Of a DNA stretch of 59,041 bases, positions 1-12,518 are shown piece by piece. Under the pieces are notes generated by a model. The model saw only the letters and a list, made by a program, of their open reading frames with translations, had not been told where the DNA came from and did no database searches. The stretch comes from Seison nebaliae (lineage: Eukaryota): positions 1 through 59,041 of the forward strand of contig JALJEE010002731.1 of assembly GCA_023231475.1 (NCBI GenBank), written 5' to 3'. The position numbers and the translations under genes were made by a program. Numbering within the stretch: the stretch's first letter is position 1; each line of letters starts with the position of its first letter.

Positions 1-210
1 ATCGGATACTCGAGACCCCAACAATATAGCACCACTTAATTCAAAAATACTTGCCAACACACATGCTTGACCCATCGTTAATACTCGCGAGCCAACACTA
101 GTTCCAAATGAATTCGCAACATCATTTGCTCCAATACCAAACGCAACCAAAAAAGCCGCAATAAATCCAGTTACGAGAATCCATAATGATTGGGTATCAT
201 AAGGTACCAT
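1..210 (-). CDS. SLC20A: Sodium-dependent phosphate transporter (PiT/SLC20 family), N-terminus; runs off the window edge
   Basis: Manual translation from ATG at 210: [70 protein letters not shown], containing the PiT signature [15 protein letters not shown]. Confidence 0.93.
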   Translation of the reverse strand, partial: MVPYDTQSLWILVTGFIAAFLVAFGIGANDVANSFGTSVGSRVLTMGQACVLASIFELSGAILLGSRVSD

Positions 211-1570
211 GTTCGCCAATATGAACCTAGAAGTCCAGAATAGTTCTAGCAAATATTGAAAAAATTGAATGAAACTATATTTTTTATAAAACCTGAAATT
301 ATTATTTTTGTTCAAAGTTTCTCCTATTCTCTGAATATTTATATTCGATTTTCATATTCGTTAATTAGTCACTAGAATAGCGTACGTTCAACATAGGAAC
401 TCCCATTATGAAATGAAGACAATTAAAACATTTCTAACATGTACGTCAACATTACAGGAATTAAAATAAATATATAACTGAATAAAATACTAATTAAAAC
501 TAAAATAATTTCCAGGTGTCTTTACTCAAAATTGGATTTGTGATAATGTTATATTGAGATCATTTTGTTTTTGAACATCATACTTTAAAATTTTTTATTA
601 TAAGTAGACCCTCACTTGAAACTAATTGTCAAATAAATTAAACATAAAATTATTTATGAAACAAGGAAAAATTGATGTTTCTTCTGTTTTCTATCATATT
701 ATACATACATCAATACATAATTAACATCTATCATAAGTGCAATAATGCAAAATCTTCTTTATTCTTTACAATTTTGAAGTCATGTATGTTCGAAATGGTT
801 TATTTTTCTATTTACCTAATTTTAATAAACATGCTTCATTAACTTTCATCATTTATTCACGTACACTTGTTCTACAAAATGCGGTTAAATTATGGTGAAA
901 CTACGGTTTTTTCGAACAATCTGTAGAAAAATCACGGAAAATATAAAGTAACATACCGTTCACAAAGAGACAAATTCATGATTTTTTCATGGTTAATATG
1001 TAGTCCTTTCAAATTATTTATGTAAGTAAGTAACGAATATAATAAAATATAATTATCAAGGAATATGTATAACAAGATGAATTTACTGTTAGGAATTATA
1101 ATTTTTCCGTTTTCGGTACTTTTTATAACCTTAGCTATAGATAAGTTTTGACATTTTTCCGACTCATCTTTTATAATTAGAACTATTTTATCTTGACAGG
1201 TAGTATCTTGAAATCGTATTCAATCTTTGGTTTTTTGTGAATTTAATATAATTCTAAAAGTTCAATTAACTTTCAATTCCAAATTTAACTATCCTTCGGA
1301 ATATTTTCTGAAAATTTAGTCAAAAAAAATTTTTTACAAATCGTTTATTCTATTTCTCTACAATTGTTTTTCGAAACTTTTCTCCATTCACCCGATGAAT
1401 TTTTTGTATATTGTTGATAATCAGTGATTAAAAAACGCCATAATAACAACTGATTTGCTACTGATAAACAGCATAATAATCACTTGATAATTTCTTTCTC
1501 ACGTATTATGAACTCGAAGTTTATTTTATTCTTTATAGTGATGGGGATACGAAGGGCGAAGGGAAATTAA

Positions 1571-1697
1571 TTTCTTCGTCCTCCTTTTAATAAATGAAAA
1601 ATTCCAGACATTTTCCCTTCGCGAGCTATACATAGTCCTACTTCGCGAAGGGAAACGAAGTAAAGGAAAGAAAAGGAGAAAAAAAGGGACGGCGAAG
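1571..1697. repeat. Nested inverted repeats (possible structured RNA or MITE remnant)
   Basis: Perfect 13-bp IR tttcccttcgcga (1612-1624) / tcgcgaagggaaa (1643-1655). An outer imperfect IR pairs cttcgtcctcctttt (~1573-1587) with aaagggacggcgaag (~1683-1697). Confidence 0.6.
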
Positions 1698-2600
1698 CAA
1701 CATTTTTTTGAAAGTCCTTTTCCTACTTTAACGGACAGAATAGTACAGGGACAATATATTCGTTGAAAAATTATGATAGGGGGAAAAATATATTTTATTA
1801 GGAATATCCATCTCCATCTGTAAGCGGAAATGTGAGGAAAATTGAGAGAGTAAAGGACGATCTAAAAATTATAATAGTCTAACAAAATTAATAAGATAAA
1901 TGTCTTACAGATAAATGTTAGACGGTTATCTTACAATTGTTAGACAGATTCTATATTAAGCCGAATGCCTCGGACAAAGATCCGTCCTTTATCAATGTAT
2001 ATTTATTCATTTATTGGTATAAATTTGATGGAATTTTATTTTAAAAATTACAGAAATTTGAAATTAATTTCTGATAAAAAAGTGGAAATGGAGGAATATG
2101 GAATTGAATTTCCAAACAGGAAGTTATTGGAAAAGAAGTGTTGGACGAAAGGAATTTCATTTGTTTTTCGAAGACCTTAGGAAAATCATCTGTGTGTATT
2201 GAAAATTGGAAAGATCATTCTTTCCTGAAGTTGAAAAAGTCGAATTTCAGGGAGAATTTTCACAAGATCTTAAAGAACAATTCAGATAATTACATAATTA
2301 TGACTTATAATTGTTAATAACTATGTTGAGAATTTTTATGTACGGTTACAATCTACAAAAGGTTGAAAACTTTTCACGATATTTTTTCCGAGGCCATTAT
2401 TAATGTCGTTTTCCATCGCGAAGTCATTTTTCACGACATTTTTATATATTCTTCTTCATATTTATGGTGTCATAAATCTCTGAACTGTAATTGTACTTTT
2501 ATTTTCAAGGTGATTTCTAATGTTGACTTGATATGTCTCTCGTTAGCTTGAGATAAGGGATCTTATTTGTATAGAATGTTTACAACGAGAATAAGGTAAT

Positions 2601-2683
2601 ATCCCTGTAAGCATTTGAATGTCTTGAGAACGTTTATATACATCAAAAAAACGTTCTCAAGACATTCAAATGCCAACAGGGAT
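2601..2683. repeat. 35-bp near-perfect inverted repeat (hairpin) with 13-nt loop
   Basis: Arms 2601-2635 atccctgtaagcatttgaatgtcttgagaacgttt and 2649-2683 aaacgttctcaagacattcaaatgccaacagggat; 2 mismatches. Confidence 0.9.
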
Positions 2684-3602
2684 GTCTATTCGATTAAGTT
2701 ATATTCAGTTTCCTATTACGAATATTGGATCTGTAGAATAGATAAATAGATGTGTTTACTTTTGTGCATATGAAAATTTTTATGACAATTTTTGTTGGCA
2801 TTATCTTCTTTTAAACACTTATGGTGTATAAAGTAAAATTAATATCATATCGGTAAAGAGACAAAGAATAAAATATTATAGAATTAATTTCAGATAAGAA
2901 ATGTTTATTATCAATATTTTCCGTACATAAATTATTCAAATTTTTAAAATTATCTTATTTGTTTTTGAGATTTAGTTAATTGATGAGAATATTTCTCGTT
3001 TGATGTATGACGAAGAAAAGCAATAAATTTCTTTATATTAATTTGAATTTATTTTTGTTAATTTTGGTGAAGAAATTGCATTTTAAACTTGGAGATTCTG
3101 ATGAGTGGATTACTACTTCTAGCAACATCTAAACGTGTTTTTAATATGTTATTAGAAGTACTAAACTAGTAACTTTAGTATTGTTTTATCTGATAAATTT
3201 GAGATAATATTATCATATTCTGCTACAATTAATCGCAAATTTCTAATTTGATAATTAAGTGAAATAGAAATAAAATTGTTTATTATTAGGTGAAGAAAAA
3301 AGTGAAATAAAGGAAAAGATATTGAAGAGGAAAAGATAAGGAAAATATATGAAAAGCAAACGGCTCGATAAGTTGTCGTTATTGGGTAATAATAATAATG
3401 AATAATAATAATAGAATATAAAGATTTTTTTCTCTTTTAATATATCGTTTATGAAGATTATTTGATTTGAATTGATAAATAAAATATACAAATTTCATTC
3501 TTATTTCGATTTTGTTCAAATTGAAGAAGATCAGTATCTTTATAATTTGCTAACTTAGAAATGGCCTCGCAGTTTGTGAGGAATTGAATGTGAAACAAGA
3601 AC

Positions 3603-5557
3603 TCATATAATTTTTTGAAAATTTTGATTAAATGCTCCATTTTGATAGGGAAACATTGTTGATGATTTGTTGAGTTGCATTTCGAGAGAAAGATTCTCAT
3701 GGAAAGCAGACGTGCCATTGTCGAAGTACAATTGACTGACGTCGTTCGTATTCGTAGTGGGTTGTCTACCCAGATCTTTCCCGTCTTGCAACGATGCTGT
3801 TGACGATGACGCTTCTGGTGTATCCATAAAATGGTGAGTTGATGAAAATGCCTCGTTGATGTTGGGAGCATTATAATGACATAAGTTCGTTGCAGCTACG
3901 GCAGCTGCTGCCGCGTAAGGATAATACTCGAAATAAGATAAAGAATTAATCGATTTGTTATCATTCGACGCATCGGATATATTAGAATTAGTTGTCAATA
4001 AACTGTTCGTTAGATGCTCTTGCACATCAGACATTTCAGTTGGAGTTCCGAACATTGGAGTTGATAAATACGTTCCCAAATCAGTTGCGGTCGTCGTTGC
4101 AGTTGATGTCCTAATTAAACCGTTCTTCATGATGTCGTCACACTTCATCAAATGGTTTGGATCGGTCGCATCCGAATTAATATTGGTTAATTGGTTTTTG
4201 TTGTTGTTGTTGTTTTTTCCATTGGGCGTGGAATGCCGAGGCATTTCACTGAGTCGAGGAGAGATGGATGAATCCTCCAAATATGATTTCATTAAAATAT
4301 CTTCATTTTTCATATCGGTCGAATGAAAATTTGATTCCGACTTCATTATCGACAGGAAATTTGATGAATCTATATTTTTTGATGATGTCTTTTTGATTGT
4401 TTCCACATTACTGATACTCCCATTGCCCACATGGTTATGGTTTCCATACCGTTTTTTCTTATTTGATTTTTTTGATTTATTTATTGATTTCTTCGTGTTA
4501 CTGTTTGTTACATTCGTATTATTATTATTATTATTATTCGTATTATTATTATTGTTCGTGTTATTGGAATTGGTATTAGTTTCACCTCCTGAATTAGTCG
4601 ATATATTTTTCCCGTTTGGCGTTCCACTAATATTATTCAATAAAACATTGTCATTGACGAGTGATTGTTGAAATTGATCATTATTCATTTTCTCTTCATC
4701 TTCTTCTGATATAATATATAAGTGTTGTTGTTGTTGTTGTTGCTGCTGCTGTTGTTGTTGTTGTTGGTGGTGGTGTTTTTTCAGAGAATTATCATTTTGA
4801 AACGATTTTGAATCTTCCGCTATTTCCATTGTATTCGTATTTAAACCATCAAATAATGGAAACATCATTCCCGCAGCAGCTTGATGCGCTGCATAAATGT
4901 TAGCCATCTCTTCCGGACTACATTCGACAGGAATACCATCGGCTCCGATGAATGTTGTTCGATTATTTCCGTCAACTACTGCACCTCCTGGTAAGCCAGT
5001 CATGCGCTTCTCCTTCTGTCGTCGATTACAGAACCAGACGCGAACCACTTCCTTCTCTAATTGGAGACTATCAGCAATTGCTGAAATATCTTGAGCTGCA
5101 GGTTTAGGATTACAACCGAAATGACTCTCCAATGTTCCTTTGATCGACAATTCGATACTTGTTCGTTTCTTTCTCTTACGACCTTGTGTACTCATACGAT
5201 CGAAAGTGGCGGGTGATCCATCAACCGAATCTGCCTCCTCCAACCATTTCGATAAGAGCGGTTTCAGCTTGCACATATTCTTGAAACTTAATTGCAACGC
5301 TTCAAATCGACAGATGGTGGTTTGGGAGAAAACATTTCCATATAATGTTCCTAGAGCCAAACCGACATCCGCCTGAGTAAATCCAAGTTTAATGCGACGT
5401 TGTTTGAATTGTTTCGCAAATATTTCCATATCATCATTATTAGGCATATTATTCTCATCATTATCCAAATATCCACCTGTACATGATGATGATGATGGAG
5501 AATTAGCCATTGGATTATTTCGCTGTGATTGCGACTGCTGTTGATGTTGAGACGACT

Positions 5558-5588
<31 letters not shown>

Positions 5589-6287
5589 TTGTGATTGGTG
5601 CATTGATTGTGATTGCGGATCGATTTGATTTAAAGTTTCACTATTAGTTTTGTCGTCGATTCCATTAACTGTGGTTTGATATCCAGTACTTGCTGCCAAC
5701 ATTAATGCATTATATTGATCATATGGAGTCAATAAATGATTGAATGATGTTGTAGCAGTTGTGGATGGACAAACGCCATTAGCTGCAGCAGCCAACACCA
5801 TCATTGCGGTATTTTCGTTTATTTGATTTCGTGATTCTTGTTCGATAATTGATTGTTGAAATGAATTTATCGGTAACGAACTATTTGAATTATTATTATT
5901 ATTATTGTTGTTGTTATTGTTAGAAGTATGTAAATTGTTGTCATTACATGTTGCAATCCTTTGATTTTCATCATTTAATGAATTGATCGATTTTGATGGT
6001 TTTGATTCCGTTGAAATATTCTCCATTGTCTCATCAAACAACTTCTTATTCGCATTCATCGCATCAATCAGATGCTGCTGCTGTTCTTCCAATTGTCTTT
6101 GTAATTCGTGTTGTTGTTGTTGTTGTTGATGATGATGATGTTGTTGATTATTATTATGTTGTTGTTGAAATTGTTGTTGACGAATATTCTCCATGAGATA
6201 TGCTGTCATATCAACGGAATTTTGTTCATGTTGGGTAGACGAGACGTGTCCTTGATAGACGGAAGCGTCGAGTTGTATATCATCCAT
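3603..6287 (-). CDS. POU3: Class III POU-homeodomain transcription factor (Brn1/2/4, vvl-like); start uncertain (first ATG 6287, frame open to ~6368)
   Basis: POU-specific domain [56 protein letters not shown], class III-type linker, and homeodomain [10 protein letters not shown]...[15 protein letters not shown]. Poly-Q/N flanks; apparently one long exon. Confidence 0.95.
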
Positions 6288-8548
6288 CGACACTTGCCGC
6301 ACCGGTACTTCCTTCCAAGAATAGTTGACGTCCGAATGACTAATGAATTCAACTGCCAAACAACAATGTCAGACGAATCTGCCAATAAAAATTTATTTAA
6401 GAGATTACCAAAATAATTCTTCGCCACTTGCCGAATGAGAAGGAAAGAATAATATTTTTATTGTTAATTAATTTATTCTAATAAATACAAAATCTGTTCA
6501 GATACAATGAGAGAAAGTTGAGAATTCAATAGAAAATTGCTGAGATTTTACAACGAAGAAAAACATCGAACAAAAAAACATTTCCATCAACATCATCATC
6601 AAAAATTTATTGGAAGAAATCAGATCAGAGAGATTCCAACTATTGATCACTCCATTCATTATGGATGTGTGGAATCATTAACAGTAAATTTCTGTCACTC
6701 ATTCAAATCAATTCTCTCGATGTCATAAGGATTTCACACATGGCGGTCAATCAATTTAGAACTTTATGTTTTTTTTCTCATTTCACTTACATCGGCATCA
6801 TTAAAACTAATCGACTCTGATGAGCATGTGTGAAAAGATGACTGACTGATTGAGTCCTTCCTTTCTTCTTCCCTTAACTTTACAATTAGAAAGAAAAAAA
6901 AATTAAAGTTTGGTAAAAAAGAAAGAAAGAAAGAAACAGTTGTCAAACAATTACTTCCCCTCCTCTCATAAGATATGCATCTCCCAACGAATTCCAACAA
7001 TCTGATCATCATAATCATCTTATTTGGACGATAATGAATAGAAGGAAAACATGAAACTTCATCATTAATAACACTAAAAATAGTAGCGGCGAATTCATTT
7101 CGATTCTTCCTAGCAGATGGATCAAGTGAGTTGGCGATCCATGAGGATACATTATCCCTGCTGAGTAGAAGATGGAAACGAATCATAACATAAATCAGAT
7201 CTATTAGAATATGAAAGAGAGATATTCGATCCTCCATCGGCTCATCATTAATTTGGAGTATTGACCATCTGTTCTAAGGTTCATCCACTGATAATTCCAT
7301 GGAATTTTTTTGAAAATAGAAAAACTAATTTCTAGAAGGAGGAGAAGGAGAATTGGGTTGGGGAGATGGCAAAGTTCCTGAATATTTTCTAATTTATCAA
7401 TATGGATCGTTGTTGGCAAATCAAAGTCGGTTACCGTTTACAGTCGACTGACAATGAGTAATGTCTGCCACATACACTTGTCATATTCAATGATATGTTA
7501 CATATCCGATTACAGATTAGTTGCGGCTGCCAAAACTTTCCAAATATGAAATTCAGCGATGTAACAACCGGTCATGGACTTTATGAAATGATTTCATCAT
7601 GTCGATGAGAATGTACGAGAATATTGAATGAATATGGTGCATTCCTGTCGCATTAGGAATGATGATTGAATAAATTTCTTAGTCCTAATCTCGAGTCAGT
7701 CTCATTCCACCAACGGAATGGAGGAATAGGAGGACGCATATACTCGCCCGACCTTCTCCATTTCATCATCATTTAATAGTTGAACATCGAGTCGTTTTCG
7801 TCTCTAACGTTATCGTCATCATCAGCATCCGCGATTTGTGAGAATTATTTATTATGTTATTTTCTCTCGAATAACTTTCTCTGTTTGGGACTAGTATGGG
7901 GGAGAGCTGAGAAGGACCCTGTTCGACTAGTGGAAGTGTTCGACTAGAAACGGTCGGTTGACATTCTTCCACCTAGCACCTATTCGTCAAGCTCCGCACC
8001 GAGCACACTATGGTATTAAAGGAAATGTGATTGACATCATAGGGAGGTAGGAGAGTAAGTAATGGTCGAAATACGTGATTGTATCTATAAAACAAAAAGG
8101 AGAAAAAAAGGTCCAACATTTGAATAATAATAATAAATATAATGAAAATGATGAAACTCTTGTTTTTGAATACTAATGTCGTGAAAATGCAAATTAGGTT
8201 CCAATCATTACATTCTCTCCTCACAATTCCCTTAGACTAACTTCTCTTCTGTTTAGGAAAGGAAAATCTGAGTCTACACATAAAACTTGTTTGGTTCTAT
8301 CTTTTTTTGGAGCTACATACGTCGCCCTCCCCTTTCGTCCTGTGATTATGTGTGTCGATGGAATGATAACCGAATAGGAGAAAAGGGCAATCCCTCTGTT
8401 TATGTTCCACTCGAACTCGTTGTCATCGATGTTCACGAGTGTCATTCGTCAGGCACCTCCCGCTTCTCCTCCGGTCCAACGGAGCTCTAATCAGCAACAG
8501 TTGTATCAAAATTCTCTAACTTCTCTAAATGACTCAAAATATAAATTC

Positions 8549-8585
8549 ATCTTCTTCTTCTTCTTCTTCTTCTTCTTCTTCTTCT
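8549..8585. repeat. (TTC)n microsatellite
   Basis: About 12 tandem ttc units. Confidence 0.9.
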
Positions 8586-11500
8586 AACAATATCTATCAA
8601 CTAATTCTGTGTATACACCAACATCAACATGATCAGTAATTCTCGCAATATATATTTATTTTTTTATTTATTTATATTCAACCATATTAGTCTTCTTACA
8701 TGTCATTACGTGTAACATTCAGGTAATAACAAATTTACTTTGATTTCATTAATTTATGTTTCCTCTCTCACTTTCCCTTCTGACCTATTCTATGTTCCAT
8801 TGAACAGTCTTTTACATACTGAAGAACGAGAAAATTAGAAAAAAGAAGAACTCTTTTTACTTTTTACATATTGACATATCGAGATATTTGATCAGTATTG
8901 ATCATCAATCTTCTTCTCGTCGTCTTCCTCCATCTCGTCATGTGCAAGAAACAAGTTCGCTTGTAAAATGATTGCTCTTTATCGTCTTTTTGTCTCAAGG
9001 GGAGGGTAACGAGAAAAAGCAAAAAAAAGAAAGAAAGTAAAGGAAGATGAAGAATTGATAAAGGAGAAAAGGTAGAAATGATAATTGTTGATAATAGAAC
9101 GGAGGAGAATATATGAGAGCGGAAAAGTATTTGTTACTTGATTCGTGATGATAATAAATTTCTTTGAGTCTCCTACCAATCATTGAATGATGTTCAACTT
9201 CATCATTTGTCGACTCGGCCAATGAAATACACATCGTTGATCGTCAAAGTAAGAGCGGTTGTGATGAATGCATCGAACCAGAAAATTATGCACGACATTC
9301 TCTCCCCAAGTGTGTTGACGGCATGACAAAGTTCAATTGTCGTATGAAAGTTTAAATTGTAGTAAACAGACGAATGATATAGTGGAAGGTTTCATTTTCA
9401 TCGTCCCATGGAATTGATGGGGAAGATAAATAAAAGAAAGACTTCATTTTAATGACAAACATTCTCATAAAAAATCTGCGATATAATAAACTAATCTTCG
9501 ATAGGAGGAATAGGATGAAGTGAAAATGAATTGCAACAATAAAATTTAATGAATCACTTCCCAGTTTTATGAGGGGAGGCAGGACGACGACATCCACGAA
9601 CATAGATCCGTTGGCCTTCTCTCATTTTCAGTCATTCATCTTCCACGATCGACTCAATCCAAATTTGACACGAGACGAAAACAAGCATTCCACTTTTTCC
9701 TTTTCCACAACAACATCAGTCCAAATAACTCAATTACGATGTCGTTCATTGACATTTATGCTAATTCTTTTTCTTATTATCCTACACCGTTTGGACTTAT
9801 AAGATGAAACGTTTAATTGAATTGCCAGGCAAATTCAGGAAATATTTATCAATGAGCATTCTCTCTAATTTGTCTCTATTATGGAATCTGAAGCTACTTC
9901 AATTACGTATGGAAATTATTATGATTCATATCACATTCCCTCACATAACTGGATCGATGTCGTTCAAGAAGTAAAACTTTCTCCAATAACATAGAGACTT
10001 AGATATGGGCCGGACCGATCTCCAAACCATTAGTTGTTCAACGACATTCAGAGAAGAGTGAGTTTGACTTATTAAAATTTCATTGAATTTCGAAGTGAAA
10101 TTGGAAAGGATTAAATTGAATTATTTCACAATTACTTGATAACAGGTGCGGGTGACTAGAAGAATGATCGCTTCTCATTTATGTTCTTTCTTCTCGCACA
10201 CCTCCCATAGAGATTTCCGTGAGAGAATTACATTTCGTTCTTATGTGTCGCTCATAAAACAATCAATGATCAATGATTACCGAAAAGGATATGTTGTGAT
10301 AGCAATTTTCAGTTTTATTTCCTCCACATATACACACACATATATATATACACACATACACACATATAGGGAACGGCGTTTGAAAGTGTTATTCGATTCA
10401 AATATGTATTTACACATCTCAAATTTAAGGGAACTTATGATTGAAGGAGATAAGTTAAATGAAACCGATCACTTCAATCATTTCATCAGAATTCTCTAAT
10501 GTTTAACATTTCTATTATGTTTCGAGTATCTGTGAAAATTTGATTCGCGCATCTTCTCTTCTCAGTCAATACAATACCGACAATCAGTTTAATCACAAAT
10601 GAAAGGTGAGGATTCTCGTTGAATGATTGTCCGGTTGAATGAAAACATAGAACTGATGGAATGGCACATTCTTGTGAAAAGACAGTTCTCTCATATAAAC
10701 AAATATTCTTACGAACTTTTCTATCCTTTCCATCTCTGAACAATCATCAGCGAATTCATTCTTCTCGCTAGTGTCAGTCTCGTTCGTTCGTTCGTTCCGT
10801 AGCTAGATAGCTAACTAGCTAACTATTTTGTTCGACTGGTAGTTAAAGTTCACTAGTTGAATAGTCAATCGTTCATTGTGAGAGGTGCCTCCATAGAAAT
10901 TGGGTGAGGAACAATAGAAGACTGAACTGCCATCTGCAACGAAGCAACAGTAGAAGAGGATTCGACTGGATGAATGGAATGGATGAATGTTATTGTGATC
11001 TCTCATTGAAAGAAAGGACGAGATGGTGGCGAAAGAAAGAAAGAAATAAAGTTTTGAATGGAATTTGAGAAGTTGTCTGATGAAGGCAATGGAAGTTTGG
11101 TGTTGAATTAAACAATTGATTCGAATTCCTTTCCATTCGACTCGCGGAGAAAAGAAGATGAGCAATCATTCCTGCTGACCAACAGTATCAGACATCTGTC
11201 ATACATATCATTTACTTCCACCTGTCACTCATTCGTGCAGACGAATAAAAAACAAGAACTTTCTAATTAATTGTCGTTTATTATTTATTGCGAGAGAGGA
11301 GTAAGAAGAATTCCTGTAATTTATTCTTTATTGCAAGAAGATTCGACTATTGGTCGATGATGGATCGATTACATTCGTCATCAAATCCCGTCACATCGAT
11401 AGTGCAATTATACAGAAAATAATTTATGCGATGACAGTAAGTCATCAACATTAATGGCAGCTGATGTTTTCGTTTGGAACGAAGTTTAGTTGACTGAAAC

Positions 11501-12518
11501 TTATCATCGACAACAAATTGTTCCGGTTCCCAGACCAATGAAGAGAGTACTAATGATTGGACGAATTCTCTTCAATTCCAATAAGGAACAAGACGATTTT
11601 TTTATTCACATCAACTTTATTATTTATTGCTACTTGTTCCTATTCTATTGCGACGTAATGAGATACTTATTCTCTTCATACTCATCATGCTGCTTAGTAG
11701 TTGTGGAGTATCTTCCTCTCCCTCCTTCATCATCCTCGTCGTCATCGTCGTCGTCGAAACAATAAAGAACACAACCGTACAATGAGCTACAAATAAATAC
11801 GATATATCATTAGTCTCAATCAGAGTTGTCTTTATTTTGTCATTCCTTCGATTAGGATATTGATAAGTCGCATCTGCTATTCTATACTCATTCGCAGAGA
11901 ATAACAACAATGATAACTATCACCTCCATCCCTTCAACGACATGATACATTGGCACTTGTGAAACCATTTGCATAATGACCCCATTCATATGAATTATCT
12001 GCTGAATCAGGAATTCTCTAGCAACATTTCTTTCAATCTCACTCAGTTTTCCTTTCCCATCTAATGAACATTCGTTTCCATCCAATGTAAACATATTGAA
12101 GGAAAAAAAGGAGAAAATAATGAATTCAGTAACACAGAATATCCACTTTCTCTCCTCCTCCCCATCTCCCACACCAACCGAAACTTTTATATAAATTAAT
12201 CGTCTCTCATACGAATTGTGTGAGATGATCGGGAGAAAACTCCCCAACCGAATTATCGCCGACATCATTTCCCAATCTTCCATAAAACAAATGTCGATTA
12301 AGAGATCGTCATTCTCTTCAATTAAAATGGAAAAGGAAAATGGTAATCGACAGAACTACACAAGAAGATGATGATGATGACGACGGAAAAGAAGATGAGG
12401 AATACTCAAAAAAGAAAAAGAAGAAGAGAAAGATTTTCAAATTCTTTATTCGCTCATCGACAATTAGAAATTTGCATAATCCGTTGGGTAAATGAAAATC
12501 GGATGCGACGATAATCGT

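Noticed and set aside
3955..6416. Plus-strand ORFs rich in L/V/I overlapping POU3
   Set aside because: Antisense shadows of CAA/AAT repeats in the real minus-strand CDS.
6537..12283. Many 60-157 aa ORFs upstream of POU3
   Set aside because: No motifs, F/I/S-rich composition typical of non-coding AT-rich DNA, and no consistent exon chain.
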